Notes: generated from the letters alone by a model not told the origin. A DNA stretch of 40,806 nt from a bacterium (GCA_040752695.1 JBFMGO010000027.1:1-40806), one strand, 5' to 3'. Counted from the stretch's first letter, positions 9,152 to 17,740 are shown. Program-made: numbers and translations.

Positions 9152-9256
9152 GACCTTAGGAAATTGAACTATTGGGAATCTGACGCCCTCACATCTTCCT
9201 TTCGTGGTAGCTGCATGCACCTCCTTTCATGCTGTATTTTCATAAGCGATCAGTGA

Positions 9257-9535
9257 CAGGAGCCAGGAGCCAGGAGTCAGAAGTCAGGGGCCGGGGATCA
9301 TAAGTCAGGAGCCAGGAGTCAGAGGTCGGAGATCAGAAGTCAGGAGTCAAGGGCCGGAGGTCAATAATCAGAGATCGATGATCATTTGTTACTCCACAAC
9401 TAATACTTCACAACATCCAGCATTTAACATCCAACCTCCAGCATCCAGTATCCAGCATCCAAAAACCAGCACCCGGAATCCATCAAGCATCTAACATCCA
9501 GTATTCAGCACTCAGCATCCAGTATCCAGCATTCC
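9257..9535. repeat. Two blocks of degenerate heptamer tandem repeats (CAGGAGY/CAGAAGT and CCAGCAT/CCAGTAT)
   Basis: 7-bp periodicity is visible at ~9257-9375 and ~9413-9535. Confidence 0.8.
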
Positions 9536-9564
9536 CCATCACGTCGCTTTATTCTTGCAATATG

Positions 9565-9579
9565 GCAATATTGATACCA
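9565..9579 (-). promoter_or_regulatory. sigma54 (-24/-12) promoter for the Gly/Tyr protein gene
   Basis: Minus strand reads TGGTATCAATATTGC (GG-N10-GC), 14/15 identical to the site at 30770. Confidence 0.65.
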
Positions 9580-9618
9580 ACGAGTTGCGTTTCAAAAAGC
9601 ACTTTTCTTCTGAAGATC

Positions 9619-9743
9619 GTAACTACCCGGGAAGATAGACTATAGGCATTGAGACCGTAGAAGGAGACGGTGCACGCCGACCACAAGAAAGGCTTTTTGA
9701 CTGAAAGCCTGCGGCCTTCAGCCTCAACAATCTTGGTAGTTAC
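9619..9743. mobile_element. 125-bp MITE with 9-bp TIRs (GTAACTACC) and an 8-bp target-site duplication (TGAAGATC)
   Basis: TGAAGATC|GTAACTACC...GGTAGTTAC|TGAAGATC, with TSD copies at 9611-9618 and 9744-9751 and internal hairpins. Confidence 0.85.
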
Positions 9744-9911
9744 TGAAGATCTTTGTCAAAAGATCCATTGATTGGGGATTTTGTCATAAAAAATACAGGC
9801 AGGGGGGCATAAAACGTAGTACAGGCCGCGGGAATGAGGCGACCGGTGGATCTCTGTCCTTTTCGCTGATACCTTTAAGAATAAGTCTGTCTAACTTCAG
9901 CTCCAGGGGCC

Positions 9912-10889
9912 TCAGATAGCGGAAATTTGAGAGCATTGGCACTCTCTGTGAAGTCTCAGGGTCAGGCATCTCAGACTGCCGCCTCCGGCGGTTAATGCCT
10001 CAGGATGTAGGGTGATGATTTCTATTCCTCTCTTGGTAAGCAGTTTTTGGGTCTTCATGTCCAGAGCCGTATCATAGTGGATAATCGCCCTGCAATGAAG
10101 GGGGACGAAAGTGCAGGCCAGTCTTTGTTGCTCAGAGTCAGACACATTGATGATTTCAACGCCCTTGGCCTCCCATGTGTTGAGCGAAATCCATTTTTTT
10201 AACTCCCTGTCTGGTAAAGAGATAGGTTGCCCTGAAGTCTGGCAGATAAGCCATCGCCAGGTGTGGATTTATCCTATTAAAATGGTATCAGGGTGCATAT
10301 ATCGCCGGGCTTTGGGAATATCTATCCAGACCGCCTCAGAGAAAAACGTCAGTGCTTTTTGGATAAATTTTTCAATGGATACCCGGCGGTGTCGTTCTGT
10401 TTCCACTACCAGCACGGTTTCCGGGGAGAGCAGCAGGCAGCCCTCAAAGACGTCATGAGGATCATCAAATTCTATGAAGATCGGTATGCCAAGGCTGGTC
10501 ATGGCTTCCCGCACCACGAGATGCTCGTTCTTCCTCCCCTCCCATGCCATAGATGAAATGATGGCTCCTTTGCGGCAAATGACCGCAGTATCATGCAGAT
10601 AGGTGAGATTGGGCCGCTCTGATATCAATGCGCGATGCTTCGTGACGTAGTCTGAAAGTTCTAGAACATCGACTCCGAGGGAAAGCAGAAGTTCTCGATA
10701 ACGGTCATGCTCGTTAATGAATCCAGCTATGTCCGGTACGCTGTCGAATAGCCACATGAGGTAGTTTTCATGGTTGATCAGCTCAAGCTCCCTGCCCGGT
10801 CTATGCAGGATAACCGTGGTAAGGCTGCCAAACTGCTCACAGCCGTAAGGGATTTTAGCTCCATCAGGCACTGACTATGATAAGCTCAT
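9912..10889 (-). pseudogene. Arginine deiminase/amidinotransferase-superfamily gene, disrupted
   Basis: Motifs VILHRPG, PNLTYLHD, FEG, YMHPDT and GGGSLRCLT. A one-base deletion in a T-run at ~10280 splits it into ORFs 10269-10871 and 9912-10145; the restored frame reads DTIFNRINPHL. There is also an in-frame TAG at 10875-10877 after ATG 10889. Confidence 0.8.
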
Positions 10890-11039
10890 ACCATCTCTCG
10901 CCATATTCCCATTTTCAAATCCATTATTATTGCCGCTCCCATACCTTTCCTCCCTACGAATCTTTCTTCCCAATATCTTTCTTCCCAATATCGTTTCTTG
11001 CTGTTATCATCCATCCTTAATATCTCTGTCATATCCTGT

Positions 11040-11207
11040 TTCATGTCCTCTTTTTCCCAAAGGCTTTTACTCTCATCCAGTTTTAAATCCTGCTTTTCAC
11101 CCTGCTTAAACGTCCTGCTTTTCATCCTGTTTTATATCCAGCTTTAAATCCTGCCTTATGCCCTGCTTTTCATCCTGCTTTACGTCCATCTTCTCATCCT
11201 GTTTCAT
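11040..11207 (-). repeat. Degenerate 12-bp repeat AAGCAGGATNNN encoding KQDx tetrapeptides
   Basis: From ATG 11207: MKQDEKMDVKQDEKQGIRQDLKLDIKQDEKQDV*, continuing in a shifted frame as KQGEKQDLKLD...MKQD. Confidence 0.7.
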
Positions 11208-12186
11208 ATTCTCTTTCCGAAGGCTCGTTTTTTTCACCTGGACGCTTTCGGGCAAGGAGAAGGAGGTTTTCTCCATCGATGCTCTGGAATTGCCTCAACT
11301 GTTCAAAACCATTGCGCTGCATATAGCCTTCAACCTGCGACCGGCTGTACTTATAGGTGAACCCTAACTGTATGGTATCTCCTGAGGTCAGGGTAATCTT
11401 GTCCTTTCCGAAGGATATGGCTGCATTCTTCAGGATTTGCAATTGTTTATTAGTTCTATACACGGTCCCGATATCTGTTTCAACGGACCGCAGTTCCAGG
11501 AGAAAGACGCAGTTATCCGTATCAAATCCCCTCTGGACAAGAGGATTGATGTTAAAGCGCATGTTCGGTTCCGAGCGGTACACCCGGTCCACCTGTTCTT
11601 GTCCGGACCCCTCGAAATTTTCCTGCTCAGGAAAGAGGTGGCAATCAAGAAGCAGCAGATCATCGGATTCAAGCTGCCCGCTGATAATAGCCAGAACGAA
11701 GTCCGGGTCGAAATTGCAGAAGGTATTGCCTAAAAGACAGACCAGTGCCGGAGGGCTCCAGTATTGCCTCACCAGGGGCAGATCTTCGAGAAAGGCTACC
11801 AGCCCGGTCTTTTCCACTTTTACGTCAGCTACTGTCTTGAGGGCAGCATCTATCATCCGGCTACTGATATCCACCGCGTAGTACCTTGACACTCCCCGCT
11901 GCTGCAAAGCTTCCAGCAGCATTCTGTCTTTGTCTCCGCCACCCACCCCGATGCTGACCAGACTCAAACCTTCCGGAAAAAAGTCGATCAGGGAGGGAAT
12001 GCTCTGCCTGAGAAGATCCGTAAGCCGGGTGGAAACCGGAAACCCCTGCGAGCTGTTGAGATTGAGCCAGCTTTTGACTCCGGCATCTCCCAGGTAGAGG
12101 AAATAGTCTGGCATCCGGCGTTGCTCCAGGCACTCCTTGAACCGGGCTTCCAGTTCATCAGTAGTTATCAACTCAATCTTCTTCAA
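11194..12186 (-). CDS. EgtD-like SAM-dependent methyltransferase (Methyltransf_33 family)
   Basis: Motifs MPDYFLY, SIGVGGGDKD, YYAVDIS, LLGNTFCNFDP and FTYKY. Likely start TTG 12186 after AAGGAG. Confidence 0.8.
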   Translation of the reverse strand: MKKIELITTDELEARFKECLEQRRMPDYFLYLGDAGVKSWLNLNSSQGFPVSTRLTDLLRQSIPSLIDFFPEGLSLVSIGVGGGDKDRMLLEALQQRGVSRYYAVDISSRMIDAALKTVADVKVEKTGLVAFLEDLPLVRQYWSPPALVCLLGNTFCNFDPDFVLAIISGQLESDDLLLLDCHLFPEQENFEGSGQEQVDRVYRSEPNMRFNINPLVQRGFDTDNCVFLLELRSVETDIGTVYRTNKQLQILKNAAISFGKDKITLTSGDTIQLGFTYKYSRSQVEGYMQRNGFEQLRQFQSIDGENLLLLARKRPGEKNEPSEREYETG

Positions 12187-12213
12187 TGTGTTCTCCTTAT
12201 TCCTGATAATTTC

Positions 12214-12335
12214 GCTCAAGCAATTTCTCCCATCCCGCTCAAGCAATTTCTCTCATCTCATCAAGTATTTTCTCTCGTCCCGCTCAAGTATTTTCTCTCA
12301 TTTCGCTCAAGCAATTTCTCTTATCCCGCTCAAGC
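12214..12335. repeat. About 5.5 copies of a 23-bp degenerate tandem repeat
   Basis: Unit GCTCAAGCAATTTCTCyCATCCC, between the radical SAM and methyltransferase genes. Confidence 0.85.
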
Positions 12336-12390
12336 TGTCCCTCCTCATTCACTCGATGGATTCCTCTCATGGCTCACGAACATAAAGGAT

Positions 12391-13563
12391 CTACTTAAAG
12401 CACTGGAGGCATCCGGAGCGAAGAGCACTACAGGGGTCCTTGCCTTCATTCACGCCTGCGCTGTAAGCATACCCCCGGCAGCCGATGCACTCCTGCAGGT
12501 GCTCACAACCGCGGCATTTCCCTTCCAGAAACCGGTCGATATTCCTGACATACTGAAACAGGGTATCCTCATAGATTTCCCTCAGGGAACGCCTGCGAAT
12601 ATTGTGCGGATAGACTCCATTATGCTTAAGATCAGGATGTTCGTCGAACTTGACTGAAGCGCATGGTCTGATATTTCCCTCTATGGTTACATACAGGCTG
12701 TAGAGGAGTCGAAGACAGCCACTTGCAGTCAGGGGAGTGTAGGGGAGCCAGTCATACCCATAGCAATCATGATCAATCTTCAGCAGCTTAAGCTTATAGC
12801 CCCTTATCTCCTCAGGAGAGAGGATCTGATAGTGCAGTTTCTCCCTTCCGGTTGGTGTCAGCACCTCGATATTCGGGAAAATATTTCTCTGGCGGCACAG
12901 GTGCCATATTTCCTCAATTTCTCCTCCATTCAGCCTGTTACTCACGAACGATATGCCCATCCTGAGCAGGTGCGGGTCCTCCACGTGAGTGAAACCTGCC
13001 TGAATAAGGTGACTTAACCCTTTTTGAATCTTACGAAAGGTTCCGGGCCGTCCTGTTAAAAAGTCCTGGATCGAAGGCCGCAGAGAGTCCAGCTTGCCCA
13101 TTACCGAGACATTTTTTTCATAGAGGAATTCGGCTAATTCTCTGCTCATGGTTACGGTATTGGTGAAAATCACAGGGATGATGCCCAGGGAATGAATGTA
13201 TGAGACCAAATCCCGAAAGCGGGGATGAAGGGTAGGTTCTCCCCCTCCGGTGACCACCACTGAATTCACGCCCAGTTCTTTAGCCTGCCTGACTATGTCG
13301 ATCCAGGTCTCAAAGCTCAACTCATTCTCAAGGGTTTCCTCACGCTCGGCATAGCAGTATCGGCATCGCAGATTACAGGCTCGATTGGTTTCCAGACGGA
13401 TAGTCATAAGGCGGTTATTGTCCCTAGCCCGATAAGCATCGTCAGGCTCATACATATAACCTGCTAAAATAGGAGGCCGTCCGAAGGGAGCACTTCGATC
13501 CTGGCAGTGGTATCCTGATCGTGCCCTGTTTAAAACCATATTCACTGCATCTCCTTGTTTCAT
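12391..13563 (-). CDS. Radical SAM protein with a C-terminal SPASM domain
   Basis: CNLRCRYC cluster motif, GGGEPTL and FTN; SPASM-type GC...GNIRPC...CRGCEHLQECIGCRGYAY...C. Confidence 0.9.
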   Translation of the reverse strand: MKQGDAVNMVLNRARSGYHCQDRSAPFGRPPILAGYMYEPDDAYRARDNNRLMTIRLETNRACNLRCRYCYAEREETLENELSFETWIDIVRQAKELGVNSVVVTGGGEPTLHPRFRDLVSYIHSLGIIPVIFTNTVTMSRELAEFLYEKNVSVMGKLDSLRPSIQDFLTGRPGTFRKIQKGLSHLIQAGFTHVEDPHLLRMGISFVSNRLNGGEIEEIWHLCRQRNIFPNIEVLTPTGREKLHYQILSPEEIRGYKLKLLKIDHDCYGYDWLPYTPLTASGCLRLLYSLYVTIEGNIRPCASVKFDEHPDLKHNGVYPHNIRRRSLREIYEDTLFQYVRNIDRFLEGKCRGCEHLQECIGCRGYAYSAGVNEGKDPCSALRSGCLQCFK

Positions 13564-14163
13564 CGCTATAAACGGATATCTTTACATTTTTCTTTGCAAT
13601 TTCAGTTGCTCTTCTTAAATCGGAATTTTGCCTTTTTTATGTACTACTCTTTTATCTAATTTTGTTTATGTTTATGCGATTTATTTCACTATTACTGATA
13701 TAATCCTTGCCGCATGGCCCGGGAAAACATAGGAAAGGCCGCGGGAATAATGCGAGCGGTTGTTATTGCCCTTTATAGCCGACAATGAGCAGATTCTTCA
13801 TAGGGCAGAGGATAAATCTTGCAATCTTTTTCATACTATGAAATATTCTTATATATTTAATTATATATTTAATTAATTAAATATATAATTAATAATAATT
13901 AGTTAATATTTAATAAAAGTATAGATATAATGTGTATAATTCTTGCATGCACTTCTTATCGTATCTTAACGTTTGCTGCTCACCAGATCGAGTTATAGAA
14001 AAGATATTGCTGACTACTGACTTCTCAATTTCACATCAGACACTGTTGAACTGAGCACTGTTGAACTGAGCTCGAACTAATTCTGTTTGTAAGCTTTAAA
14101 TACCTGTCCCTTCTCAACGCTCTGTCATTAAATACAATAAGTTGCATTTTGCATCATTGTTGA

Positions 14164-14225
14164 GGGCTTTACTATCATTGTTGGCTTTACTATCATTGTT
14201 GGCTTTACTATCATTATTGGCTTTG
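14164..14225. repeat. 18-bp tandem repeat (GGCTTTACTATCATTGTT) x~3.5
   Basis: Read directly from the sequence. A 15-bp duplication CACTGTTGAACTGAG lies nearby at 14041-14070. Confidence 0.85.
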
Positions 14226-14502
14226 CAGAAAAATAAGCCGCAGGTTGTCCGAACCTGATGATTAAATAGTGTAATTATCATTAATGATTAAAAATTGTGA
14301 TCATCATTTAGGTGCCAGTGCGACAAAGATGCTTGTTCCAAGACCATGAGTTAAGTGGTTTCCCAAGATCGTGAGAAAAGGCACGCAGCAGGAGGAGATC
14401 TCCACCAGTCAAGCTCCTCTCAGGAAAATAGCTTAAGAAAAATGTCGTTTTAGTACTGGTTGCTGTCTTTAGACTGATGAGGGGAGAGAATTCTTAACAG
14501 GA

Positions 14503-14601
14503 AAGAGAATATATCGGATAAATCCCTGGAACCCCTTGTAAAATGGGTATCCAGTATAGCCGTTTATACCGCATTTGGCGACCTATCCGACAGGCTCCTA
14601 G
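14503..14601. mobile_element. Degenerate second MITE of the CTAGGAGCCTGTC family (right end intact)
   Basis: TATCCGACAGGCTCCTAG at 14584-14601; only ATCGGATA remains of the presumed left end near 14513. Confidence 0.55.
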
Positions 14602-14642
14602 TGGAAATTTTTAATTAAATAGTATGCAAGAGATTGCATAAT

Positions 14643-14767
14643 CTAGGAGCCTGTCCGAGAATGAAGTTTTGATTTTTTATATACAATATATGGTGTTCAA
14701 GACCATGTTTGGATACCGCATGTTGTAGCTAAGGTTGAAAAATCCCTGTTCTCGGACAGCCTCCTAG
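14643..14767. mobile_element. MITE with CTAG-flanked TIRs (IS5/IS1182-like ends)
   Basis: CTAGGAGCCTGTCCGAGAA ... TTCTCGGACAGCCTCCTAG, an 18/19 inverted match; no ORF inside. Confidence 0.85.
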
Positions 14768-14938
14768 TCCCCAACCAGTTCAAATCGAACTCACCGCTAG
14801 ACAGAGAGCGGTTTTGGAACATATAGAACGGCGGCAAAGTAGCCCGCAGTGTTTGACACATCGAGTGAAAATTATTCTTGTTTGCGCTGAAGAAAGCAAT
14901 AACGAACAGGTTGCCCAAAGACTGGATCTAAACCGAAG
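14768..14938 (+). pseudogene. IS630-family transposase N-terminal (HTH) fragment
   Basis: Translation PQPVQIELTARQRAVLEHIERRQSSPQCLTHRVKIILVCAEESNNEQVAQRLDLNR matches the IS630 LT..ER..L...R...IIL..A.G..N..IA..L pattern; truncated at both ends. Confidence 0.7.
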
Positions 14939-15433
14939 TTACTTATACATACCCATAAGCGCCTCTTGTGCCTCTTTAAAGACTTTTACGGAAAGCCATA
15001 AGGAGGATTTTTTAAGATTAGTCAGTGCCTGTTCAGCTTCCCGTTTTGACAGGTGTCCCCTGGCAGCATTCCACAGTACAACACCCAGAGAACCGTGCAC
15101 TTCTAAACCAAACAAAGAAGCAAATAATCGTGCAGATGAATCATCTGTCAGCAGCCAGTCAGCTTTTTGCATCCTTGCCAAAACAAAGGCATCGGCTTCT
15201 CCTGCGTGGAGGTCTCCTGCCTTTGCCCAATTTTCAGCCTCTCTCAATTCGGATAGGGAAAGCTGGATTACCCGAAGCCATTCTGGCCAATGATCAGCAA
15301 GATCTGTAACGGCACGAACTTCTATTGATACTCTTTGTGGTAAAACAATTTCACCCACATTTTCAAGCAAAGACAAAACCCCTGCCTCATGCAGGTGGAT
15401 GATCGGACCAGCATCGCAAGCGGCTATTCTCAT
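14939..15433 (-). CDS. PIN-domain toxin (DUF3368-like)
   Basis: Motifs CDAGPIIHL, LHAGEADA, LLTDDSSAR and VHGSLGVV; ATGA overlap with the upstream antitoxin. Confidence 0.85.
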   Translation of the reverse strand: MRIAACDAGPIIHLHEAGVLSLLENVGEIVLPQRVSIEVRAVTDLADHWPEWLRVIQLSLSELREAENWAKAGDLHAGEADAFVLARMQKADWLLTDDSSARLFASLFGLEVHGSLGVVLWNAARGHLSKREAEQALTNLKKSSLWLSVKVFKEAQEALMGMYK

Positions 15434-15675
15434 TTTGCTTTCCGCATCTCATTTTGCGTCTCATTTTGCGTTTCATTTGTCTTTCGCGCTTCCCTTCTTG
15501 CCCATTCGATATCTTCATGGGCAAAACGCTCCATCAGGTCTATTTTATTACGCCGGACGAATTCAGAGATTGCAGCCAGCAAAACATCCATTTCTGAACG
15601 AAACAAACCGGCTTTTACATAACTCTCAACGGCCTCAGCCAGGCTATCCGGTAAATCTATTGACAGAGATTTCAT
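15430..15675 (-). CDS. Ribbon-helix-helix (CopG-like) antitoxin
   Basis: MKSLSIDLPDSL...YVKAGLFRSEMDVLLAAISEFVRR; GGGAGA RBS; directly upstream of the PIN gene. Confidence 0.8.
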   Translation of the reverse strand: MKSLSIDLPDSLAEAVESYVKAGLFRSEMDVLLAAISEFVRRNKIDLMERFAHEDIEWARREARKTNETQNETQNEMRKAK

Positions 15676-15897
15676 TGACGTTCTCCCACATAAGGATAGA
15701 TGTACTTTTTTCTCGTGGTCAGATGAATAAAAATAGGTCTATCCTTTTTAACTGGCAAAATTGTTACTTTCACCTTCCTAAAAGCTAGATTATCAGAGAT
15801 AGAGTAATTTTTCAATATATACCCTCCCTTGGAAACCTGCCTCTCTTGTCAATAACTCGGCTGGTCAGTTGAAAAGTATCCGGCAGCGAATGCGTAA

Positions 15898-16652
15898 AAG
15901 ATACCGCTGGACCGGCTTCCCCCTGGAACGCATGCCAATAACCGCTACAACCCTGAGATGATGGCCGCACGGTGCAACCAGGATGACATCCAGGTCAAGG
16001 TGGGAGCCTTCTGGGTGGATAAGTACGCCTGCCGGATTATCGATGTCTGTGCAGGCTATAGCGGGACAACCTGGAAGGATGACAGTGCGGATATGCAGAC
16101 AAGCGCCAATGCCGATGTACCGCCCTACTGGATGGCTTTTTCCCAGAAAGGCAGGGGTTCAAGCGGCATGACCTGGTTTGTGGCTCAGCAGGCTGCGGTC
16201 AATGCAGGCAAGAAGATGCTGCCTAATGCCGAGTGGCAGGCTGCGGCCCTTGGCACTGCCAGAAGTTCCGGGAGCGGGATAACCAATGGCAGCGACTGGT
16301 CCAGCGTGGCTGATCAGGATGTCTCACGGTATGGTGTGGTCGGCATGGCCGGCAATCTGTGGGAGTGGGTGGCTGACTTGGGGGGCAGTATGGAACAGGA
16401 ACGAATATGACCACGAGTGATTATTATTCAGCGACAGCCTGTCGGCCTCGTTATGGAGATGACGGTACGTGGAATATTGATGGTACGGCCTATACCAATG
16501 ATGGTGGCCGGGGCTGGGTGCCGAAACTCCCTGCGGCGCTGCTCCGCGGCGGCTACTGGGGCGACGGGACGGGGGCCGGGATGTTTGCGATCCGTGCGAG
16601 CGACGCGCCGTCGCGTTGGAGCTACGCCGTTGGCTTTCGGTGCGGTCGCTAG
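15898..16652 (+). pseudogene. 5'-truncated, frameshifted CLec/FGE-sulfatase-fold gene ending in a DGR-type variable repeat
   Basis: Motifs FWVDKY, TWFVAQQAA, LPNAEWQAAA and MAGNLWEWVAD; frameshift at TTGGGGGG (16378-16385); C-terminus LLRGGYWGDGTGAGMFAIRASDAPSRWSYAVGFRCGR*. Confidence 0.8.
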
Positions 16653-16715
16653 CAGTCTCGCCTGAAGCCCGCCGAGAGCTTCGAGCGAGCTTGAGACCCT
16701 TGCACACTTGACGGC

Positions 16716-16744
16716 GGGGACAGTCGCCTGGTGCGGCTGTCCTC
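16716..16744 (+). other. GC-rich hairpin downstream of the VR (DGR target-recognition-like or terminator)
   Basis: GGGGACAGTCGC-CTGGT-GCGGCTGTCCTC. Confidence 0.5.
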
Positions 16745-16762
16745 ACCACTTTTTCTATTTCA

Positions 16763-17740
16763 TCATTCTATTTGTTCGTTTTCAAGCTCTTCTTCGGATA
16801 TGCCGGTAGAATCACTGATAATTTTCGGATCAACCCTTGCTTTGAGAAGCTTTCTGGCAGTCTCAAGCCTCCCTTTCCGTTCACCCTCGGCTATGCCTTT
16901 TTCCAGGCCGACCCTCTCACCCTCGGCCAGGCCAATTCGCTTTCCTTCAGTCAAGCCCTTTTCCAGGCCGATTTTTTCTCCCTGAGTCAGGCCCTTTTCC
17001 AGGCCGATCCTTTCTCCCTTTTCCAGTGCAGCTTCGGCTACTCCCCGCTGGTCCTGGATGGAGACCATGCTCTGGTCGTACAATTCCCATTCCTCCCTGC
17101 TCAGGTTCGATCTATTGGCTATATCAAAGGCCTTTTCGAACACCTCGACCTGAAGGCTTGCAGGGATATAATCGAGCCTACCTGCATTTTTCAGGAAGAA
17201 TACCCATCGATCGAGGTCATTGGTAAGTTCATGCTCTGTCCTGGTAAACTTGGGCAGTTCGATAAAGTAGTAGCTAATCTCTTCAAGATAGCACTGATTG
17301 GTCGCAGACTCCTTGACCAGGTGATGGGATAAATACCCGATATCGGCGGGGTGCTCGAACATGGCAAAGTCAAGGATATTGATCGAGATGACCTGATTGA
17401 ACTTTGGATAGTCTACACCCCGTTCGATCTGGTTGACGTAAGCCTTTGAGGAATTATAGACGATCCTCTTGATCAGCCCCTTGACATACTCCACCTGCAT
17501 CTCGACAACATAATGAACCTCCCGGTGATCCGTGCACTTGACATCCAGGAAGCTGTGCTTGAGTTCCTTGATCTTGGGTGCCTCGTATGGGTTCAGGATG
17601 ACCACTGACTTGATTCTTCGCTCTCCCTCCAACCCCATGACCGCATCAAGAAAGGAGATCAGAATGTCATGAGCCCGGTTGTTGCCAAAAATCCTTTTAA
17701 AAGCATAATCAGAGCGGGGATCGGTAAATTGCATGGCCAC
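16763..17740 (-). CDS. Rpn family recombination-promoting nuclease / PD-(D/E)XK putative transposase with a GLEKG-repeat tail
   Basis: Motifs DPRSDYAFKRIFG, LDVKCTD, VVEMQ, FIELPKF and WVFFLK; C-terminal (GLEKGxxxGExI)n, ARKLL, and TGIS.EE. Confidence 0.9.
   Translation of the reverse strand: MAMQFTDPRSDYAFKRIFGNNRAHDILISFLDAVMGLEGERRIKSVVILNPYEAPKIKELKHSFLDVKCTDHREVHYVVEMQVEYVKGLIKRIVYNSSKAYVNQIERGVDYPKFNQVISINILDFAMFEHPADIGYLSHHLVKESATNQCYLEEISYYFIELPKFTRTEHELTNDLDRWVFFLKNAGRLDYIPASLQVEVFEKAFDIANRSNLSREEWELYDQSMVSIQDQRGVAEAALEKGERIGLEKGLTQGEKIGLEKGLTEGKRIGLAEGERVGLEKGIAEGERKGRLETARKLLKARVDPKIISDSTGISEEELENEQIE

Noticed and set aside
9059..9220. N-terminal extension of the Gly/Tyr ORF given by the track
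   Set aside because: It is translated from the 11-bp repeat array; the strong SD and signal peptide place the start at 9058.
9619..9743. HEARO/omegaRNA of an IscB element
   Set aside because: The GTAACTACC start is reminiscent, but there is no IscB/TnpB ORF, and TIR plus 8-bp TSD fit a MITE better.
11194..12186. Calling the methyltransferase egtD / ergothioneine biosynthesis
   Set aside because: Only family-level similarity is visible, and no EgtB or EanB partner lies nearby.
8717..12335. Tandem repeats (45, 11, 12, 23 bp) as CRISPR arrays
   Set aside because: Units are contiguous with no unique spacers, and no cas genes are present.
13830..13945. Extremely AT-rich tract as a replication origin
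   Set aside because: No DnaA boxes or rep/par genes were seen; more likely the promoter region of the rSAM cluster.
14814..15293. 159-aa plus-strand ORF as an intact gene
   Set aside because: Only the first ~40 codons are transposase-like; the rest is antisense to the PIN toxin.
15898..17740. Complete DGR cassette
   Set aside because: No reverse transcriptase, avd or AAC-rich template repeat was found in the window.
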